A program made the translations under genes and the position numbers. 64,000 nucleotides of DNA from Patescibacteria group bacterium. Its GTDB lineage: Bacteria > Patescibacteriota > Minisyncoccia > Minisyncoccales > Staskawiczbacteraceae. This document shows, piece after piece, positions 38,024 through 48,111 of this stretch. Under the pieces are notes generated by a model. It did not search any database, was not told the DNA's origin, and was given only the letters and a program-made list of their open reading frames with translations. How positions within the stretch are numbered: the stretch's first letter is position 1; every line of letters begins with the position of its first letter. The stretch is taken from contig JAHJTG010000005.1 in the NCBI GenBank assembly GCA_018829965.1, positions 49,558 to 113,557 on the forward strand. The letters run 5' to 3'.

Positions 38024-38269
38024 TTAAAATCTCTTAGAAAACCTTTCCTTTTGTTGAGGTTTGCTCATTTTATACTCTTGAGCTTTCTCTATTTTAACTT
38101 CTTCGCGCCTTAAAGCCGACCTCTTTTTAGCAAGGCCGCTTTTAGCCCGTTTATGAAATTGTCTTTTCCTTTTCTCAAGCAAAACTCCGCTTTGACGAAC
38201 TACTTTTATAAAGCGGTGAACTAAATTTTGAGAATTTTCTCTTTCTTTTTTTCTTACTTCTAATACCAT
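38024..38269 (-). CDS. rpsU: 30S ribosomal protein S21
   Basis: 81 aa, basic, with VHRFIKVVRQSGVLLEKRKRQFHKR resembling S21. Confidence 0.6.
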   Translation of the reverse strand: MVLEVRKKERENSQNLVHRFIKVVRQSGVLLEKRKRQFHKRAKSGLAKKRSALRREEVKIEKAQEYKMSKPQQKERFSKRF

Positions 38270-38364
38270 TTATCTGTGGCAATCAGCTATTAATCAGCGG
38301 CAATCTTTTCTACGTGTCAAAATATCTTTTCTGATTTACGCTGATGATGGCGGATTACCGCTAA

Positions 38365-39651
38365 TTATTTCTTTATTTTCTTCTTCATTTCCTTAACTAT
38401 ATCGCTCAACTTAAAAGTTTCTTGGGTGCCATTATCCATATCCCTTAAGACAATCTCTCTATCTAGCGCTTCTTTCTGCCCAAAAATTAATACGTATTTA
38501 ATCCCTAGCTTATTTGCCATTCCAAGCTGAGACTTAAGAGAATCTTTAGATAAAACCTCCATAATTTGAATTTTAGCCCTTCTAAATTCTTCCAGTAATT
38601 TCAAGCTCTTCTTTTTCGCTAAATCTCCAAGTTGAGCTAAAAATATTTTAGCATCATCTGATTTTAAAGGTTTTAATTCTTTGGTCTTTAGTACATTAGC
38701 AATTCTTTCCACTCCTCCTGCTACTCCGCAAGCTGGCGTATCTCTGCCACCTAAGGTCTTTACCAAGTTATCATATCTTCCCCCGCCGAGCAAGGCCCCC
38801 TGTAATCTTCCCTCTGGAGTATTCTCAAAAATTTCAAATACGGTCTTTGTATAATAGTCCAAACCTCTTACTAAATAAGGGTTTAAGCTGTAAGGTATTT
38901 CCGTCTCGTCTAAAAATTCTAAAACCTTTTTAAAATGGTTGTGGCAACCTTCGCAAAGATGATTAATTATTTGCGGAGCATCAGTTTTAACTTTTTGGCA
39001 CTTTTCTTCTTTGCAATCTAGAATCCTTAAAGGATTTTGTTTTAATCTCCTCTGACAATCAGGACATAAAGAAGACCTGCGTGATTTGAAATAATTCATC
39101 AAGTTCTTTTTAAAATATGGCCTGCATTCCGAATCTCCAATACTGTTTATTTCTACCATTAAGTTTTTAAGACGGGCTTCTTTCAAAACATCATAAGACA
39201 TCTGAATAATCTGGCTATCCATTGATGGACTTTTATCACCCATGATTTCAAACCCGAATTGATGGAACTGCCTGTATCTACCTGCTTGAGGACGCTCATA
39301 ACGGAAACAAGGGCCGTAATACCATAACTTTACGGGCTGGGGCATTGTTTGCATGCCGTGTTCAATATATGCCCTAACTATAGAAGGAGTCCACTCTGGC
39401 CTTAAAACAACAGCGTCTCCTCCTTTGGTGCGGAATGTATACATTTGTTTTTCAACAATCTCAGTATCTGCTCCGGTGCCTTTATAGAAAAGCTCTGCAT
39501 CTTCAAGAATTGGCGTTTCAATCCTGCCAAAATTATAAAAATGGGCAATACCTTCTACTGCCTTAAAAACTCTTTGGAAATATTTCTGGTCAATTGGCAA
39601 AATATCGTGCATCCCGGATAGAGATTGAATTTTTGCTTTTTTTGTGGACAT
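38365..39651 (-). CDS. hisS: histidyl-tRNA synthetase
   Basis: 428 aa with N-terminal GMHDILP and class II motifs. Confidence 0.9.
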   Translation of the reverse strand: MSTKKAKIQSLSGMHDILPIDQKYFQRVFKAVEGIAHFYNFGRIETPILEDAELFYKGTGADTEIVEKQMYTFRTKGGDAVVLRPEWTPSIVRAYIEHGMQTMPQPVKLWYYGPCFRYERPQAGRYRQFHQFGFEIMGDKSPSMDSQIIQMSYDVLKEARLKNLMVEINSIGDSECRPYFKKNLMNYFKSRRSSLCPDCQRRLKQNPLRILDCKEEKCQKVKTDAPQIINHLCEGCHNHFKKVLEFLDETEIPYSLNPYLVRGLDYYTKTVFEIFENTPEGRLQGALLGGGRYDNLVKTLGGRDTPACGVAGGVERIANVLKTKELKPLKSDDAKIFLAQLGDLAKKKSLKLLEEFRRAKIQIMEVLSKDSLKSQLGMANKLGIKYVLIFGQKEALDREIVLRDMDNGTQETFKLSDIVKEMKKKIKK

Positions 39652-39654
39652 ATT

Positions 39655-40203
39655 TTAATAGGCGGGGTTTGGTATCTTGCTTAATGAAGCAAGAGGGAAT
39701 ACCCTTATAAAAACTTTACCGATAATATTTTGTCTTGGTACAGCTCCCCAAGCTCGGGAATCCGAAGAATAGGGTCTGTTATCTCCCAAAACAAAATACT
39801 CATTCTCCCCTAAAACAATCTGTAAATTTCCATAGGTTGATTTTGGGTCAGAAATATATGATATTTCGTTTATGGTCTGCTTTTGACCGTTTTTATCATA
39901 AATTGCTGGCTGGCCGTCTTTAATTTCAACTGTTTCTCCCGGCAAGCCAATAATTCTTTTTATAAATTTGTGAATGGGATTTTTAGGATATTTAAAAACT
40001 ATAACATCTCCCCTTTCTGGGTTTCCGAATCTATAAGATATCTCGTCAATAATTAAATAATCTCCGGAATTAAAATTGGGAAGCATAGAGTCGCCTTTAA
40101 CAATAAACGGCTGAAATAAAAAATAGCGGATAGGAACTACTATCACTAAGGCAATAACAAATATTTTTGAAATTTCCCAAATAAAAGAAAATAATTTTTT
40201 CAT
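39655..40203 (-). CDS. lepB: signal peptidase I
   Basis: GDSMLPNF (Ser-box) and a GDNRPYSSDSR region. Start chosen at the ATG at 40203 (MKKLFSF…); the tracked ORF extends to 40287. Confidence 0.85.
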   Translation of the reverse strand: MKKLFSFIWEISKIFVIALVIVVPIRYFLFQPFIVKGDSMLPNFNSGDYLIIDEISYRFGNPERGDVIVFKYPKNPIHKFIKRIIGLPGETVEIKDGQPAIYDKNGQKQTINEISYISDPKSTYGNLQIVLGENEYFVLGDNRPYSSDSRAWGAVPRQNIIGKVFIRVFPLASLSKIPNPAY

Positions 40204-40369
40204 ATAGCAAGTATTTAAAAATTGTATCAGATTTTTTAAATTTAAACAAGCGTTTATTATTTTAAAAACAAAAAGGGTTGCATACACAACCCTTTATTAT
40301 TTTTTGTATTCCTCCAATAGGTATAGTTTAATTATATCTTTGATTTCTGGCTTTAATCTCTTTGCGGAT

Positions 40370-40675
40370 TTACGCATATGCGAATTTCAGATTAGTTTTC
40401 GACGTTAACTCTCTTCCTTTTCTACTAAAAGAAGGGGCTCTTCCTTTCTTTCCCCGCCTCTTTTTTATATGATACACTTTTTCTAAAATCGCCTGCATAT
40501 TTCTAGATGTAATGCTACCCCCAAACTCCTCTGTGAAAAACAAAGTAAAACTATTAACACTTCCCATATCGCCGGGGTGCGGTCCGTTCAAAAATATAAA
40601 TTTCCGCTGGGCATCACTAAAGTCTTTGAGAGAAGTGCCGGAAATTACTAATGTCGGTGCTATCACTGGTTCCAT
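40370..40675 (-). CDS. hypothetical protein
   Basis: 101 aa with SD AAAGGAG 5 nt upstream of the ATG. No recognisable family. Confidence 0.4.
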   Translation of the reverse strand: MEPVIAPTLVISGTSLKDFSDAQRKFIFLNGPHPGDMGSVNSFTLFFTEEFGGSITSRNMQAILEKVYHIKKRRGKKGRAPSFSRKGRELTSKTNLKFAYA

Positions 40676-40835
40676 AAAAACTCCTTTTTCTATCTTAATT
40701 TATGGTTGTTTCGTCGCGACGCTTTTTTTAATTTTCTTAATATTTACTCCTTTCTACACATATTTGTATGGCTATAGTAAGTCAAAGAACGATTTAAATT
40801 AACTGAATTTTATTATTTTACCCTCCTGATACCTT

Positions 40836-40956
40836 TTGTCAACCCTTCACCAATTTTTTACAACAGAAAATGAACACTAACAATGACAGCCGCAGGCGCT
40901 TCGCATATTGTACAAACTATTACAATGATTCTCTGCTGAAATTGGTGAAGGGTCAA
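40836..40956. repeat. MITE-like ~121-bp element, copy 2
   Basis: Terminal inverted repeats CCCTTCACCAATTT / AAATTGGTGAAGGG. Followed by a hairpin plus T-run at 40973-41035. Confidence 0.5.
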
Positions 40957-41531
40957 GAATAGAATAAAAAAACCGAGACAGCTCATCAACTTCCAGTTTG
41001 GAAGGGAGCATCTCGGTTTAATTTTTTTACAACCCAGTTCTATTTTATATTAAAGTTTTTGTTATCCATCAACCCTTCCATATTTTGGAGTTTTTGGGTT
41101 AATTTGGTTATCCTTAACCTAATTAAATAGAATTTTTGGGCTAGGTTCGTTATTGAACCTCTTTTTGTAACTTTTTTTGGAAATAAAATTAAGTAAATCC
41201 GCTGAACTTACGCATAATTCTATACGTAATCCTCCTTTCGTTTCTTTATCACGAAGTTAATAACTAACTGTTAGAACGGCCTCCTTACCTGTACTAAGGG
41301 GGTTTTCCAGACTTGATTCCTGTTTCCATAGGAATTCTCCAAATAAAAGTTAAAGCAAAAGTTTCAAAAAACACTTTCTGCGCTTCTGTAATTGAAACGC
41401 AGTTGTAGTTAATAAACTAATACCTCGTAAAGAACTATCTTATATAGTAATCTTCTCTATAAAATTGTCAAGACAATTTTTCCACAGATTAAAAAAATGA
41501 TACAATAAGATATAAAATATTTCTTAAAATT

Positions 41532-42092
41532 ATGATAATCATTGCAGGGCTGGGAAATCCCGGCAAAAAATACGAAAACACTAGACACAATATCGGCTTT
41601 AAAATTGTTGATGAATTTAAAAAGAAAAGCAATTTCTCTGAATCTTGGCTTTCCCAAAAGAAGGCGGGGGCTTTGATCGCCTACAACGATGAATTAATTT
41701 TAGCAAAACCGCAATCCTTTATGAACCTTTCGGGTGACGTGATACACAACTTATCTAATTATTACAAAGTTAAAACGCCAGACATCATAATCATCCATGA
41801 TGATATGGATTTACCGATAGGCAAGATTAAAATTTCCATAGGCAAGGGCTCTGCCGGGCATAAAGGCGTGGAATCAATTATAAAACGCCTTAGAACCGCA
41901 GATTTCATAAGAATAAGAATCGGCATTTTACCAACTAAAGGGAAACCGAAGACTCCGGAAAAATTCGTCTTACAAAAATTTTCTAAAAAAGAAAAAGAAA
42001 TTTTAAATAAAGCCATAAAAAACGCACTTTCCGCGATAGGGTTGATTATAAAAGAGGGCGTTGAAAAAACAATGAACGAGTATAACAAATAA
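41532..42092 (+). CDS. pth: peptidyl-tRNA hydrolase
   Basis: 186 aa with MIIIAGLGNPGKKYENTRHNIGF. Confidence 0.9.
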   Translation: MIIIAGLGNPGKKYENTRHNIGFKIVDEFKKKSNFSESWLSQKKAGALIAYNDELILAKPQSFMNLSGDVIHNLSNYYKVKTPDIIIIHDDMDLPIGKIKISIGKGSAGHKGVESIIKRLRTADFIRIRIGILPTKGKPKTPEKFVLQKFSKKEKEILNKAIKNALSAIGLIIKEGVEKTMNEYNK

Positions 42093-42109
42093 CAAATGGA
42101 AGAAATTAA

Positions 42110-42240
42110 CCCCGTTAGAAGTCTGTTTTAACCTTTTATATTTTTTATTTTAATAAACATGGAATTAGAGTATGATCAATTTCAAGAAGCACAAAAAAAT
42201 TTTGAAAACAAAAATTTTTTGTCAAAAACTTCTAACGGGG
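42110..42240. repeat. inverted pair of the 14-nt motif (CCCCGTTAGAAGTC … ACTTCTAACGGGG) flanking ~104 bp between pth and dprA
   Basis: Left copy at 42110-42123, right copy at 42228-42240. The interior overlaps the tracked N-terminus of the dprA ORF. Confidence 0.5.
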
Positions 42241-43121
42241 TGAAAGAAATTAAAATTGAGGACAATGATTATCCTGAAATTTTAAGGAAAATTGCTAAAC
42301 CGCCAAAAATTCTTTATTATCGAGGAAAATTTGAAAAAGATGAACTATGCTTCGGGGTTGTTGGCACAAGAAAATGTTCTCTTTACGGCAAACAGGTTGC
42401 TTTGGATATTGTTGGTAAATTAGCTGATTTAGGGATTACTATTGTAAGCGGTTTGGCTCCTGGAATTGACACCTTTGCTCATCAAGCCTGTGTTGAAAAA
42501 AATAAAAGAACTATTGCTATTTTGGGAACTGGGTTAGACGAGAAAAGTATTTATCCTCAATCAAACATTGCTTTATCACGAAAAATATTAGAGACTGGCG
42601 GATGTTTAATATCAGAACTCCCTCCGGGAACTTCTGGCTCAAAATTTACCTTTCCAAATAGAAATAGAATTATTTCAGGCCTGTCTCAAGGAGTTTTAGT
42701 TATAGAAGCAAAAATCAAATCAGGGTCTCTAATTACTGCTAATTATGCCTTTAAACAAAATAGGAAAGTTTTTGCAATACCAGGACCGATTTATTCTTCT
42801 AACTCAACTGGCACTAATAGATTAATTAAGCAGGGAGCTAAATTAGTTGACAATGTCAGTGATATTTTGCAAGAATTAAATTCGCCCGTATTGCTACAGA
42901 CAGGTTTACCTCTTGAAAAACATAAACAAAACTATAACGGAAATTTGACTCCGGAGGAAAAATTAATTATAAAGGCCCTTACCGAAGAATCTTTACATAT
43001 TGATAAAATAATAGAAAAAACAAAGTTAATCGCTACTACTGTAGCTAGTACCCTTGCGGTTTTGGAAATAGAAGGAATTATCCAAAATTTAGGAGGAAAT
43101 GTATACGCGCTCACGCGATAG
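42159..43121 (+). CDS. dprA: DNA processing protein DprA
   Basis: Rossmann-fold region YPEILRKIAKPPKILYYRGK … GLAPGIDTFAHQACVE. The first ~27 aa of the tracked ORF lie inside the repeat element, so a GTG start at 42239 is plausible. Confidence 0.85.
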   Translation: MELEYDQFQEAQKNFENKNFLSKTSNGVKEIKIEDNDYPEILRKIAKPPKILYYRGKFEKDELCFGVVGTRKCSLYGKQVALDIVGKLADLGITIVSGLAPGIDTFAHQACVEKNKRTIAILGTGLDEKSIYPQSNIALSRKILETGGCLISELPPGTSGSKFTFPNRNRIISGLSQGVLVIEAKIKSGSLITANYAFKQNRKVFAIPGPIYSSNSTGTNRLIKQGAKLVDNVSDILQELNSPVLLQTGLPLEKHKQNYNGNLTPEEKLIIKALTEESLHIDKIIEKTKLIATTVASTLAVLEIEGIIQNLGGNVYALTR

Positions 43122-43313
43122 CCTTACGAATTACGAATTAAACCGAATTACGAATATACCGAAACCGATTTACGAATATACTAATCTGCGGTTTCGGATA
43201 CGAATAAATCTATTCGTAGCCGATTGCCCAAATTCGTAAATTCGTATCTGGTAATCGGTAAATTCGTACAACACTTTCTGTATATTCGTAATTCGAAAAT
43301 ATTCGTAATTCGT
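43122..43313. promoter_or_regulatory. palindromic array of TACGAAT / ATTCGTA heptamers upstream of topA
   Basis: About 5 TACGAAT in the left half and about 7 ATTCGTA in the right half, centred near 43207, plus inverted repeat CCGAAACCG/CGGTTTCGG. An ATTCGTAT x2 block also lies upstream of ssb (6005-6040). Confidence 0.4.
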
Positions 43314-45374
43314 ATGATACTTATGAATTTAATTATCGTTGAGAGTCCGGTGAAGGCAAAGACGATTGGGAGGTTTTTAGGGAGTAAATATAAAGTACTC
43401 TCTTCTTTTGGTCACGTAAGAGATCTTCCTAAAAGAAAACTAGGAGTTGATGTTGAAAACGATTTTAAGCCAGAGTATATTGTCCCTGTAAAAGCGAAAA
43501 AAACCGTTTCCGCTTTAAAAAAAGCTATTAAAAAAGACACAAAGACTATACTGGCAACGGACGAGGACCGAGAAGGAGAAGCAATCGCCTGGCATTTGAA
43601 AGAAGTTTTGGGGTTAGAAAATCCGGAAAGAATTGTTTTTCACGAAATAACAAAGTCTGCAATTGAAGAAGCTTTAAAAAATCCGAGAATAATTGATATG
43701 AATTTAGTTGATGCTCAACAAGCAAGAAGAATTTTGGACAGAATTGTAGGATATAAACTTTCTCCTTTCTTATGGAAGAAAATCACTAAAGGCCTATCTG
43801 CTGGCAGAGTGCAATCAGTTGCTGTACGATTGGTTGTTGAAAAAGAAAAAGAAATTGAAAAGTTTATCGTACAAGAATATTGGACTATTGAAGCATTGCT
43901 AAAAAAATACGGAAAAGAATTCAACGCTGTATTAATCAAAAAAGACAACGAACCAATAGAAAAACTGGATATTAACTCAAAAGCTGACGCAGAGAAAATC
44001 GTTAAAGATTTAGAGAATGCTGAATATAAGGTAATTGATGTTGAGAAAAAAGAAGTTAAGAAAAACCCCCTTCCTCCATTTACCACCAGCACCCTACAAC
44101 AAGAAGCTTGGAAACGGCTCCATTATCCAGCAAGATTTACTATGAGGATAGCTCAAGAACTTTACGAGAAAGGAAATATCACTTATCACAGAACCGATTC
44201 TGTAAAGCTTTCACAGATTTCTTTAACAGAAGCTAAAAGCTTTATTGAAGAAAAATATGGTAAAAATTATTGGGCGGGATATTTCAGACAATATGTATCA
44301 AAAGGAAAAACACAGGAAGCCCACGAAGCAATAAGACCAACTTTTGCCAAAAATACTCCAGAGAAATTAGGGTTAGAAGAAAGACATTTTAAACTTTACA
44401 ATTTAATTTGGCAAAGATTTGTTTCTTGCCAAATGGCCACTGCTATTTTTGACGCGACTAACATAGACATTGATGCAAATAATTATACATTCCACGCCAC
44501 AGGACAAACTTTAAAGTTTGATGGGTTTCTAAAAGTATATCCTATGAAATTTGAAGAAAACGAATTGCCACCCTTAAAAAAAGAAGATATTTTAGAGCTT
44601 ATAAAACTTGCTCCCCTACAACACTTTACAGAACCGCCGGCAAGATATAATGAAGCCAGTTTGATTAAGGCGCTGGAAAAGCATGGCATTGGCCGTCCAT
44701 CTACCTATGCCCCAACACTGGCTACAATCCAAGACAGAAATTATGTTGAAAAAAACGAGCAAAAAAGATTTAAACCAACTGAAGTTGGAACAATAGTTAA
44801 TAATCTTTTAGTAGAACACTTTCCTCAAATTATTGATATTGAATTCACTGCAAAATTAGAAAAAGAACTAGATCAAGTAGCTGATGGCAAAGACACGTTA
44901 ATTAAAACCTGCCGTGACTTCTATGTTCCTTTTGCAAAAAATCTTAAAGAAAAATACGAAGAAGTTTTAAAGTCAGATATAACGGATAAGCCGACTGGAA
45001 AGAAGTGTCCGAAATGCGGAACCCCCTTAGTTGAACGCCTCGGCAGATTCGGAAGATTTTATGCCTGCCCTAAATTTCCTAAATGTAAATATGCCGAATC
45101 CCTAGAAAAAGATAATTTAAATATAAAATGTCCCAAGTGTAATAAAGGGAAAATTACAGCTAAAAGAACTAAAAAGGGAAAGATATTTTACGGCTGCAAT
45201 AACTTTCCAGAGTGCGATTTTGCCCTATGGGACAAACCTATTCTTAATGATAAAAATGAACCGGAAAAATGCCCCGAATGCGGTTCTTTATTGGTCCAAA
45301 AAGGCAAAACCATAAAGTGCTCTAATAAGGAGTGCTTGTATAAAACAAAAGGGGGAGAAGATACTCCCTCCTAA
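43314..45374 (+). CDS. topA: DNA topoisomerase I with C-terminal zinc ribbons
   Basis: Toprim N-terminus MNLIIVESPVKAKTI and DEDREGEAIAWH, plus three CxxC…CxxC ribbons. Start set at the ATG at 43314 or 43323; the tracked ORF start at 43224 lies inside the repeat array. Confidence 0.9.
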   Translation: MILMNLIIVESPVKAKTIGRFLGSKYKVLSSFGHVRDLPKRKLGVDVENDFKPEYIVPVKAKKTVSALKKAIKKDTKTILATDEDREGEAIAWHLKEVLGLENPERIVFHEITKSAIEEALKNPRIIDMNLVDAQQARRILDRIVGYKLSPFLWKKITKGLSAGRVQSVAVRLVVEKEKEIEKFIVQEYWTIEALLKKYGKEFNAVLIKKDNEPIEKLDINSKADAEKIVKDLENAEYKVIDVEKKEVKKNPLPPFTTSTLQQEAWKRLHYPARFTMRIAQELYEKGNITYHRTDSVKLSQISLTEAKSFIEEKYGKNYWAGYFRQYVSKGKTQEAHEAIRPTFAKNTPEKLGLEERHFKLYNLIWQRFVSCQMATAIFDATNIDIDANNYTFHATGQTLKFDGFLKVYPMKFEENELPPLKKEDILELIKLAPLQHFTEPPARYNEASLIKALEKHGIGRPSTYAPTLATIQDRNYVEKNEQKRFKPTEVGTIVNNLLVEHFPQIIDIEFTAKLEKELDQVADGKDTLIKTCRDFYVPFAKNLKEKYEEVLKSDITDKPTGKKCPKCGTPLVERLGRFGRFYACPKFPKCKYAESLEKDNLNIKCPKCNKGKITAKRTKKGKIFYGCNNFPECDFALWDKPILNDKNEPEKCPECGSLLVQKGKTIKCSNKECLYKTKGGEDTPS

Positions 45375-45379
45375 AGTTA

Positions 45380-47113
45380 ATGCCAAAAGATATAACAAAT
45401 TTTGTTAAAAATTTTGGAAATCCTGAATTAATCCAGGAGGCTTTTGAATTTGCCGAAAACGCTTATAAAGACAGAAAAATGGTATCTGGGGAAGATTATA
45501 TTAATCACGCCATAAGAGTTGCATCAATTTTAAATGAAATAGGACTTGATATAAAAACAGTGATTGCCGGCCTACTCCATGATGTTTTTGAAGATATCCT
45601 CCCTTCTACTCAAAAAATCCAATTAAATGAAATCGAAAGAAAATTTGGCAAAGAAGTGGCTTTTTTGATAGAAAAAACTTCGGAGCTAAACAAGATACGC
45701 TATCCCTTAATAATCAATCCGAAAGAAAGAAACAGGCTTAGCAGAGAAAAACTAGAAAGCTTACAGAATATGTTTCTTGCCATTTCCGGCGATATCCGCG
45801 TAATTTTAATAAAACTTGCTTCCCGCTTGGATAATTTGGACCATTTTAGAAAAATGCCGTTAGAACAACAAAAAATATATGCCTTGGAAACCTTAAGAAT
45901 TTTTGCACCTATCGCTGATAAGCTTGGGGTATGGGGAATAAAATATAAATTGGAAGATTTAGCGTTTTTTTACCTCTTTCCAGAAAAACTAGACTGGCTT
46001 CATTCCCAAATTAAAGAGAAATATAAGGAAAGAAAAAACTACTTAAAGATATTTACTAAGCATATTAAGAAATTATTAAAAAGGAATGAAATAAATGCCA
46101 TTAGTATAGATTTCAGACCGAAAGCTTACTGGAGCACCTACCAAAAATTATTAAAATATAACAATGATGTTGAAAGAATCCACGACCTTTTAGCTTTAAG
46201 GATAATCGTAAGCACGGTTGAAGGCTGCTATAAAACACTAGGTATTATCCATAAGCAATGGAAGCCTCTTTACGAAGAAATAGACGATTATATAGCAAAG
46301 CCGAAGCTAACCGGATATCGTTCTTTACATACCACTGTTTTTTCTGAAGACGGCCATATCACCGAAATACAAATAAGAACACCGGAAATGCACAAAGAGG
46401 CAGAATATGGTCATTATGCGCACTATGCCTATAAAAAAGGAATTGATTTATCAAAAGATAAAGAAAGTCTAAAAATAATTCAAAAAATTCCCGAGGTTTG
46501 GAAGAATTTTAAAATTGATTTTTATGAAAACAAAATTTTTGTTTTTACGCCTAAAGGAGATGTAATTTCTTTAATTAAAGGTTCGACACCAATTGATTTT
46601 GCTTATGCTGTGCATAGTGAAATAGGAAATCATTGTGAGTCGGCAAAAATAAATAGCAAACTTGTATCTCTCTTTAAAACCTTAAAAAACGGCGATATTA
46701 TTGAGATTATTGTAAGTAAAAAGAGGGGGCCATCAATGGATTGGTTGAAGTTTGTAAAAACTAATCTAGCTATATCCCAAATTAAAAAAGAACTAGCAAA
46801 AAAGGGTTTTATCACTAAAATAACTAGTCTAAGTAAAATTCCTCGTTTATTAAGGAGAAAAGTCTTTGAAATTTCAGAAAGAATCAGCAAAAAAGGAAAG
46901 CCGAAAAAGAAGAGAACGCAAGAGATTTATCTTGCTGGCCAAAAAGGCATTTCAACAACTTTGGCAAAATGTTGTAATCCTAAATCAGGCGATAAAGTCC
47001 AAGCATATCTTTCAAGATATAGAGCAGCTGTCTTACATAAAGTTTCTTGTAAAGACTTCCAAAAGTTAGCAAAAAAATTCCCAGATAAAGTTATTGATGC
47101 GGAGTGGAAATAA
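45380..47113 (+). CDS. small RelA/SpoT-homologue (p)ppGpp synthetase/hydrolase
   Basis: 577 aa with HD domain (HDVFED), a nucleotidyltransferase synthetase domain (RIIVSTVEGCY…) and a TGS-like region. Confidence 0.85.
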   Translation: MPKDITNFVKNFGNPELIQEAFEFAENAYKDRKMVSGEDYINHAIRVASILNEIGLDIKTVIAGLLHDVFEDILPSTQKIQLNEIERKFGKEVAFLIEKTSELNKIRYPLIINPKERNRLSREKLESLQNMFLAISGDIRVILIKLASRLDNLDHFRKMPLEQQKIYALETLRIFAPIADKLGVWGIKYKLEDLAFFYLFPEKLDWLHSQIKEKYKERKNYLKIFTKHIKKLLKRNEINAISIDFRPKAYWSTYQKLLKYNNDVERIHDLLALRIIVSTVEGCYKTLGIIHKQWKPLYEEIDDYIAKPKLTGYRSLHTTVFSEDGHITEIQIRTPEMHKEAEYGHYAHYAYKKGIDLSKDKESLKIIQKIPEVWKNFKIDFYENKIFVFTPKGDVISLIKGSTPIDFAYAVHSEIGNHCESAKINSKLVSLFKTLKNGDIIEIIVSKKRGPSMDWLKFVKTNLAISQIKKELAKKGFITKITSLSKIPRLLRRKVFEISERISKKGKPKKKRTQEIYLAGQKGISTTLAKCCNPKSGDKVQAYLSRYRAAVLHKVSCKDFQKLAKKFPDKVIDAEWK

Positions 47114-47188
47114 CCCCAGTAGTAGAAATTTGACAGCCACCGAACATAAAAAATCGGCGTTGTGGCGAAGTCAAATTTCACTACGGGG
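47114..47188. repeat. hairpin member of the CCCC…GGGG palindromic family immediately after the rel stop
   Basis: CCCCAGTAGTAGAAATTTGAC … GTCAAATTTCACTACGGGG. Confidence 0.5.
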
Positions 47189-47233
47189 CAAGATTGAAAA
47201 TTGTCTTAAACCTGCTAATATAATAAGAGTCGA

Positions 47234-47320
47234 GCCGGGGTGATGAAACTGGAAAACATGCGGCACTCAAAATGCCGTGGGCGTAAGCCCTTGAGGGTTC
47301 AACTCCCTCCCTCGGCACCA
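47234..47320 (+). tRNA. tRNA-Leu(CAA), type II, with 3' CCA encoded
   Basis: Acceptor GCCGGGG/CCTCGGC (one G-U pair). Anticodon stem CGGCA/TGCCG with loop CTCAAAA. Variable arm GGGC-gtaa-GCCC. T arm GAGGG-TTCAACT-CCCTC. Discriminator A followed by CCA. Confidence 0.8.
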
Positions 47321-47403
47321 CGTAAAAAATTTCGAAAGAAATTTTAACGTGGTAGGCACGTTAATTTTCGAATAAAATTTTACGTGCCACCACAACAATA
47401 AAA

Positions 47404-47426
47404 AACACTGAGGCGAGTGTTTTTTA
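47404..47426 (+). terminator. rho-independent terminator after tRNA-Leu(CAA)
   Basis: ACACT-gaggcg-AGTGT followed by TTTTTT. It is preceded by two further palindromes at 47318-47390. Confidence 0.6.
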
Positions 47427-47437
47427 TTTAGAATATT

Positions 47438-47974
47438 TTAAATTATTCTTTTAAGAGACTTATTTATCACCCAACTGGTAAATATGCCGATTAATGCTCC
47501 GGATAAAATATCCAACGGCCAATGGAGGCCGACGAAAACCCTGCCCAAACAAATCATAAAACTTATTACATAAAATAAAATCCCGATTTTTTTGTTATAG
47601 AAAAAGATAAAAGTAGATAAAGCAAAATAGAAAGTTGCATGGCCAGACGGAAAAGACAATTCATTGCTCTTATTTACCAATAGATTAGTCATCGGATCTA
47701 CGGCAAATGGCCTTAATCTTGGAAAAATCCAGCGGATTATATCAACAATGACAAGCTTCGCTACTAATGCCGAAGCAACTGCTCCTAAAAAAACTTTGAT
47801 TCTATCTTTAAACTTTAATATCAAGAACAAGATTAGAATAGCCCATAATACATACTCTAGATATTTAGCGCAAAAAATACCGAATATATCCAACCCAACC
47901 CAACGAAATCCAAATTGGTTTATTTGATGGAATAAGAATTTATCTATATTTTGAATGGTTTCTATGATCATCAT
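47438..47974 (-). CDS. PAP2-family membrane phosphatase (undecaprenyl-diphosphatase-like)
   Basis: 178 aa with the SFPSGHATF and LGRVFVGLHWPLD PAP2 motifs. Confidence 0.75.
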   Translation of the reverse strand: MMIIETIQNIDKFLFHQINQFGFRWVGLDIFGIFCAKYLEYVLWAILILFLILKFKDRIKVFLGAVASALVAKLVIVDIIRWIFPRLRPFAVDPMTNLLVNKSNELSFPSGHATFYFALSTFIFFYNKKIGILFYVISFMICLGRVFVGLHWPLDILSGALIGIFTSWVINKSLKRII

Positions 47975-47982
47975 TTTGGCAA

Positions 47983-48111
47983 CCCCGTTAGAAGTCTGGA
48001 TAATTTGGCGAAACTTTTTAGCGGGTTAAAATTACAAATAATAAAAAACATTGAAATGAGAATGCAAAAATATTTTCAAAAAAATATTTTTACTCAAGAC
48101 TTCTAGCGGGG
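47983..48111. repeat. inverted pair of the 14-nt motif (CCCCGTTAGAAGTC … GACTTCTAGCGGGG) flanking ~101 bp between PAP2 and glyA
   Basis: Left copy at 47983-47996, right copy at 48098-48111. The right copy overlaps the glyA stop codon. Confidence 0.5.

Noticed and set aside
42159-42238. N-terminal 27 aa of the tracked dprA ORF (MELEYDQFQEAQKNFENKNFLSKTSNG)
   Set aside because: Lies inside the CCCCGTTAGAAGTC-bounded repeat and has no counterpart in DprA N-termini; the real start is probably the GTG at 42239.
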